Assembly: GCA_963796275.1 (NCBI GenBank)
Contig: CAWCKY010000006.1
Span: 2,752,001 to 2,816,000 of the forward strand
Source of the DNA: an uncultured Acidobacteriota bacterium
GTDB lineage: Bacteria > Acidobacteriota > Blastocatellia > RBC074
Reading direction: 5' to 3'
Length of the DNA stretch: 64,000 nt
The notes under the pieces were generated by a model, which was not told the DNA's origin, made no database searches, and saw only the letters and a list, made by a program, of their open reading frames with translations. Position numbers and translations under genes: made by a program. Of the stretch, positions 62,315 to 64,000 are shown in pieces (position 1 is the stretch's first letter; each line of letters starts with the position of its first letter).

Positions 62315-62791
62315 ATGTCTAATACGAATATGTCAAAGATGATTCGTTCGCTTCCGCTACGCATTTCGCTGATTAAGCCTCCACCTGGCGTGCTGCTTTG
62401 TTTGCAGCAAGGCAAAGACGATCTTGTTCCGCCAACTTCGGATTCGGGAGAAAAGGTCTCTTTTGACTTTACGGTGAACATTGCCAATAACCAGGCTGAT
62501 GGGCCACCGAATTTTCGCGGCCCATTTGTACAGGGACCTACAGGCAGCAGATTCATCTATATCAACTCTGGAACCTATGCGGGACATTCGGATTCCTGTT
62601 GGTCGAGACGCGCCAAGGTCCCGCTTTCGAGTATCACATGGGAGCTGATCGATGGGGCGCTGTCAAAATCAAGCGTTTTATTGGAGGCGCGCATCGCAGG
62701 AACTGCCAAGGATGGCGGTCCGGCGTGTGCGACTGTCAGGTTCCTGGATGACGGTTGGATTGTTCGAAAGATACAACAGAAACCAGACTGA
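62315..62791 (+). CDS. DUF5990 family protein
   Basis: PLRISLIKPPPGV...LQQGK...FRGPFVQG...RFIYINSG...WSRRAKVPL...DGGPACATV. Confidence 0.75.
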   Translation: MSNTNMSKMIRSLPLRISLIKPPPGVLLCLQQGKDDLVPPTSDSGEKVSFDFTVNIANNQADGPPNFRGPFVQGPTGSRFIYINSGTYAGHSDSCWSRRAKVPLSSITWELIDGALSKSSVLLEARIAGTAKDGGPACATVRFLDDGWIVRKIQQKPD

Positions 62792-63021
62792 ATCGGTTTC
62801 GGTGTTAGGGATAGATGCGGTCTTCGATCTCTGTGATATTGGATATCAACTCATTCGATTTTACTCTGAGCTAACGGAAGTGAGAGTTTCGGTCGCGACA
62901 TCTTCGGTGTTCCTTCATAGATCAGTAATCCAGAACAAATTAACCAAAGGATCATCTGGCGGCACTAATCCGGCGAGACTGTAATTTTAGGGCCGTGCCG
63001 GCGCTGGTGGTATCCTGCGAC

Positions 63022-63098
63022 GCATAACGGCTGTGTTCACCGGGCCTCCGTGTACCCTTGGTTTTCAAGAAACCCTGGAACCGCCGGCTCCGGTGCAA
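63022..63098 (+). mobile_element. truncated attC-like site
   Basis: GCATAAC core followed by arms TTCACCGGGCC / GGCTCCGGTGCAA with two unpaired bases; the closing GTTATGC is missing. Confidence 0.5.
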
Positions 63099-63179
63099 TG
63101 GAATCCCCGCCGCCTTACGCTACCGCCATAGACACAATAGCCTTTCAACGGCCTGCATTTTAGGCAGCCTGAATGCCAA

Positions 63180-63560
63180 CTATGCTGACGCCCGGAACAG
63201 CAGCTTGTAGCTATCTCGATGAAAATATGCAATGAAAATGTTAGCCAGCACCAAAAAGGCAGCCACTGGGAGTCCCGTCATATCCAAGAAAGTATGAACC
63301 AAGAAAATATTCACAATGATTGGGGCAATCAATATACTCGCGAGAGGAACGAAACGTCCAGACACGAATGCCAAACCGCAAATGAGTTCGATCACTTTTA
63401 CTGTCGGCATGATATAGACAGAAGCTTCAAGACCATCCCCAAAAATCTTCATAGCGCCTTCGGGCGGAGGCGGTGTGATAAGCTTGAAAAAATATGTGAT
63501 GGATGCAAAAAGGAAAAGCAGCCCCATCAGAGTACGCACGATAATTGCGGCAATTTTCAT
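63180..63560 (-). CDS. DoxX family membrane protein
   Basis: RTLMGLLFLF, VKVIELICG, PLA..LIAPIIVNIFLVH; GGAGG RBS. Confidence 0.85.
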   Translation of the reverse strand: MKIAAIIVRTLMGLLFLFASITYFFKLITPPPPEGAMKIFGDGLEASVYIMPTVKVIELICGLAFVSGRFVPLASILIAPIIVNIFLVHTFLDMTGLPVAAFLVLANIFIAYFHRDSYKLLFRASA

Positions 63561-63942
63561 TAACTTGTTCCTCCTGTGTTAGCATCCCCAGATCGGAGAT
63601 GCGTGCTCAGTCCAATCTACTGAAAAGTAAAGAAGTCTTTCATCGCTCTCCCGCGAGCTTGGCTGGCGAGGTTCCGAGTGAATAGCGCAAGGCTTGCTTA
63701 ACCCAAACTCTTATTATATCTGATAGGAGCCGAAATGGTTTACTAAATTTTCTGCAGCGAGTGTTCGCCTATTGCATAAAGCACGCGACGCATAGGGATT
63801 GAGTGCTTGCACCGTCACAGACATAAGATATTAACCACAGAGAGAGTCTAGGATCAGGGATGATGACAGACTCATCTGATCAGATGACTTACTATAGAAA
63901 TATACGCTTGATGATTATGGACAAATTCCGGAGGAGGAACCG

Positions 63943-64000
63943 ATGAGTGAAATTCTGGTTATTGCCAGGCTCAAGATCCACGATGGCAAACTTGAGGAAT
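63943..64000 (+). CDS. start of an ABM-like (dimeric alpha/beta barrel) protein, partial
   Basis: GGAGGAGG RBS then MSEILVIARLKIHDGKLEE. Confidence 0.55.
   Translation, partial: MSEILVIARLKIHDGKLEE

Overview
This 64 kb window looks like an Acidobacteriota chromosome (probably Blastocatellia), judging from Oar-type TonB receptors, an acido-type PQQ-like quinoprotein with its cytochrome, and many Tat substrates; that assignment is inference. The left third holds carbohydrate uptake and degradation genes: two TonB receptors around a GH31, a BNR/sialidase-like protein and a GH18 chitinase. These are mixed with decayed gene fragments and a TnpB remnant. The middle holds a multicopper oxidase-SCO-beta-propeller unit, a CoA-transferase / DUF692 (MNIO) / partner operon with no visible precursor peptide, a MITE, and an integron attC site with cassette-like genes. 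The dominant feature is a ~21.6 kb corrinoid cluster (34.9-56.5 kb) with two cobalamin riboswitches. It encodes cobaltochelatase CobN plus a ChlI/D fusion, a Ni/Co permease, BtuB/C/D, two BtuF-like proteins and most late steps (CobO, CobQ, CbiB, CobD, CobU, PduO, CobC). It has no corrin ring-synthesis genes and no CobS/CobT, and it carries three uncharacterised genes; it is the best candidate for an undescribed system (salvage and cobalt-loading of metal-free corrinoids). An unrecognised ~80 nt structured element with its own TATAAT box occurs twice (16.7 kb and 61.9 kb) and is far better conserved than the duplicated coding DNA beside it. Several genes carry single +1 frameshifts, most likely sequencing errors. 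All family calls come from motif recognition by eye; no database searches were run.
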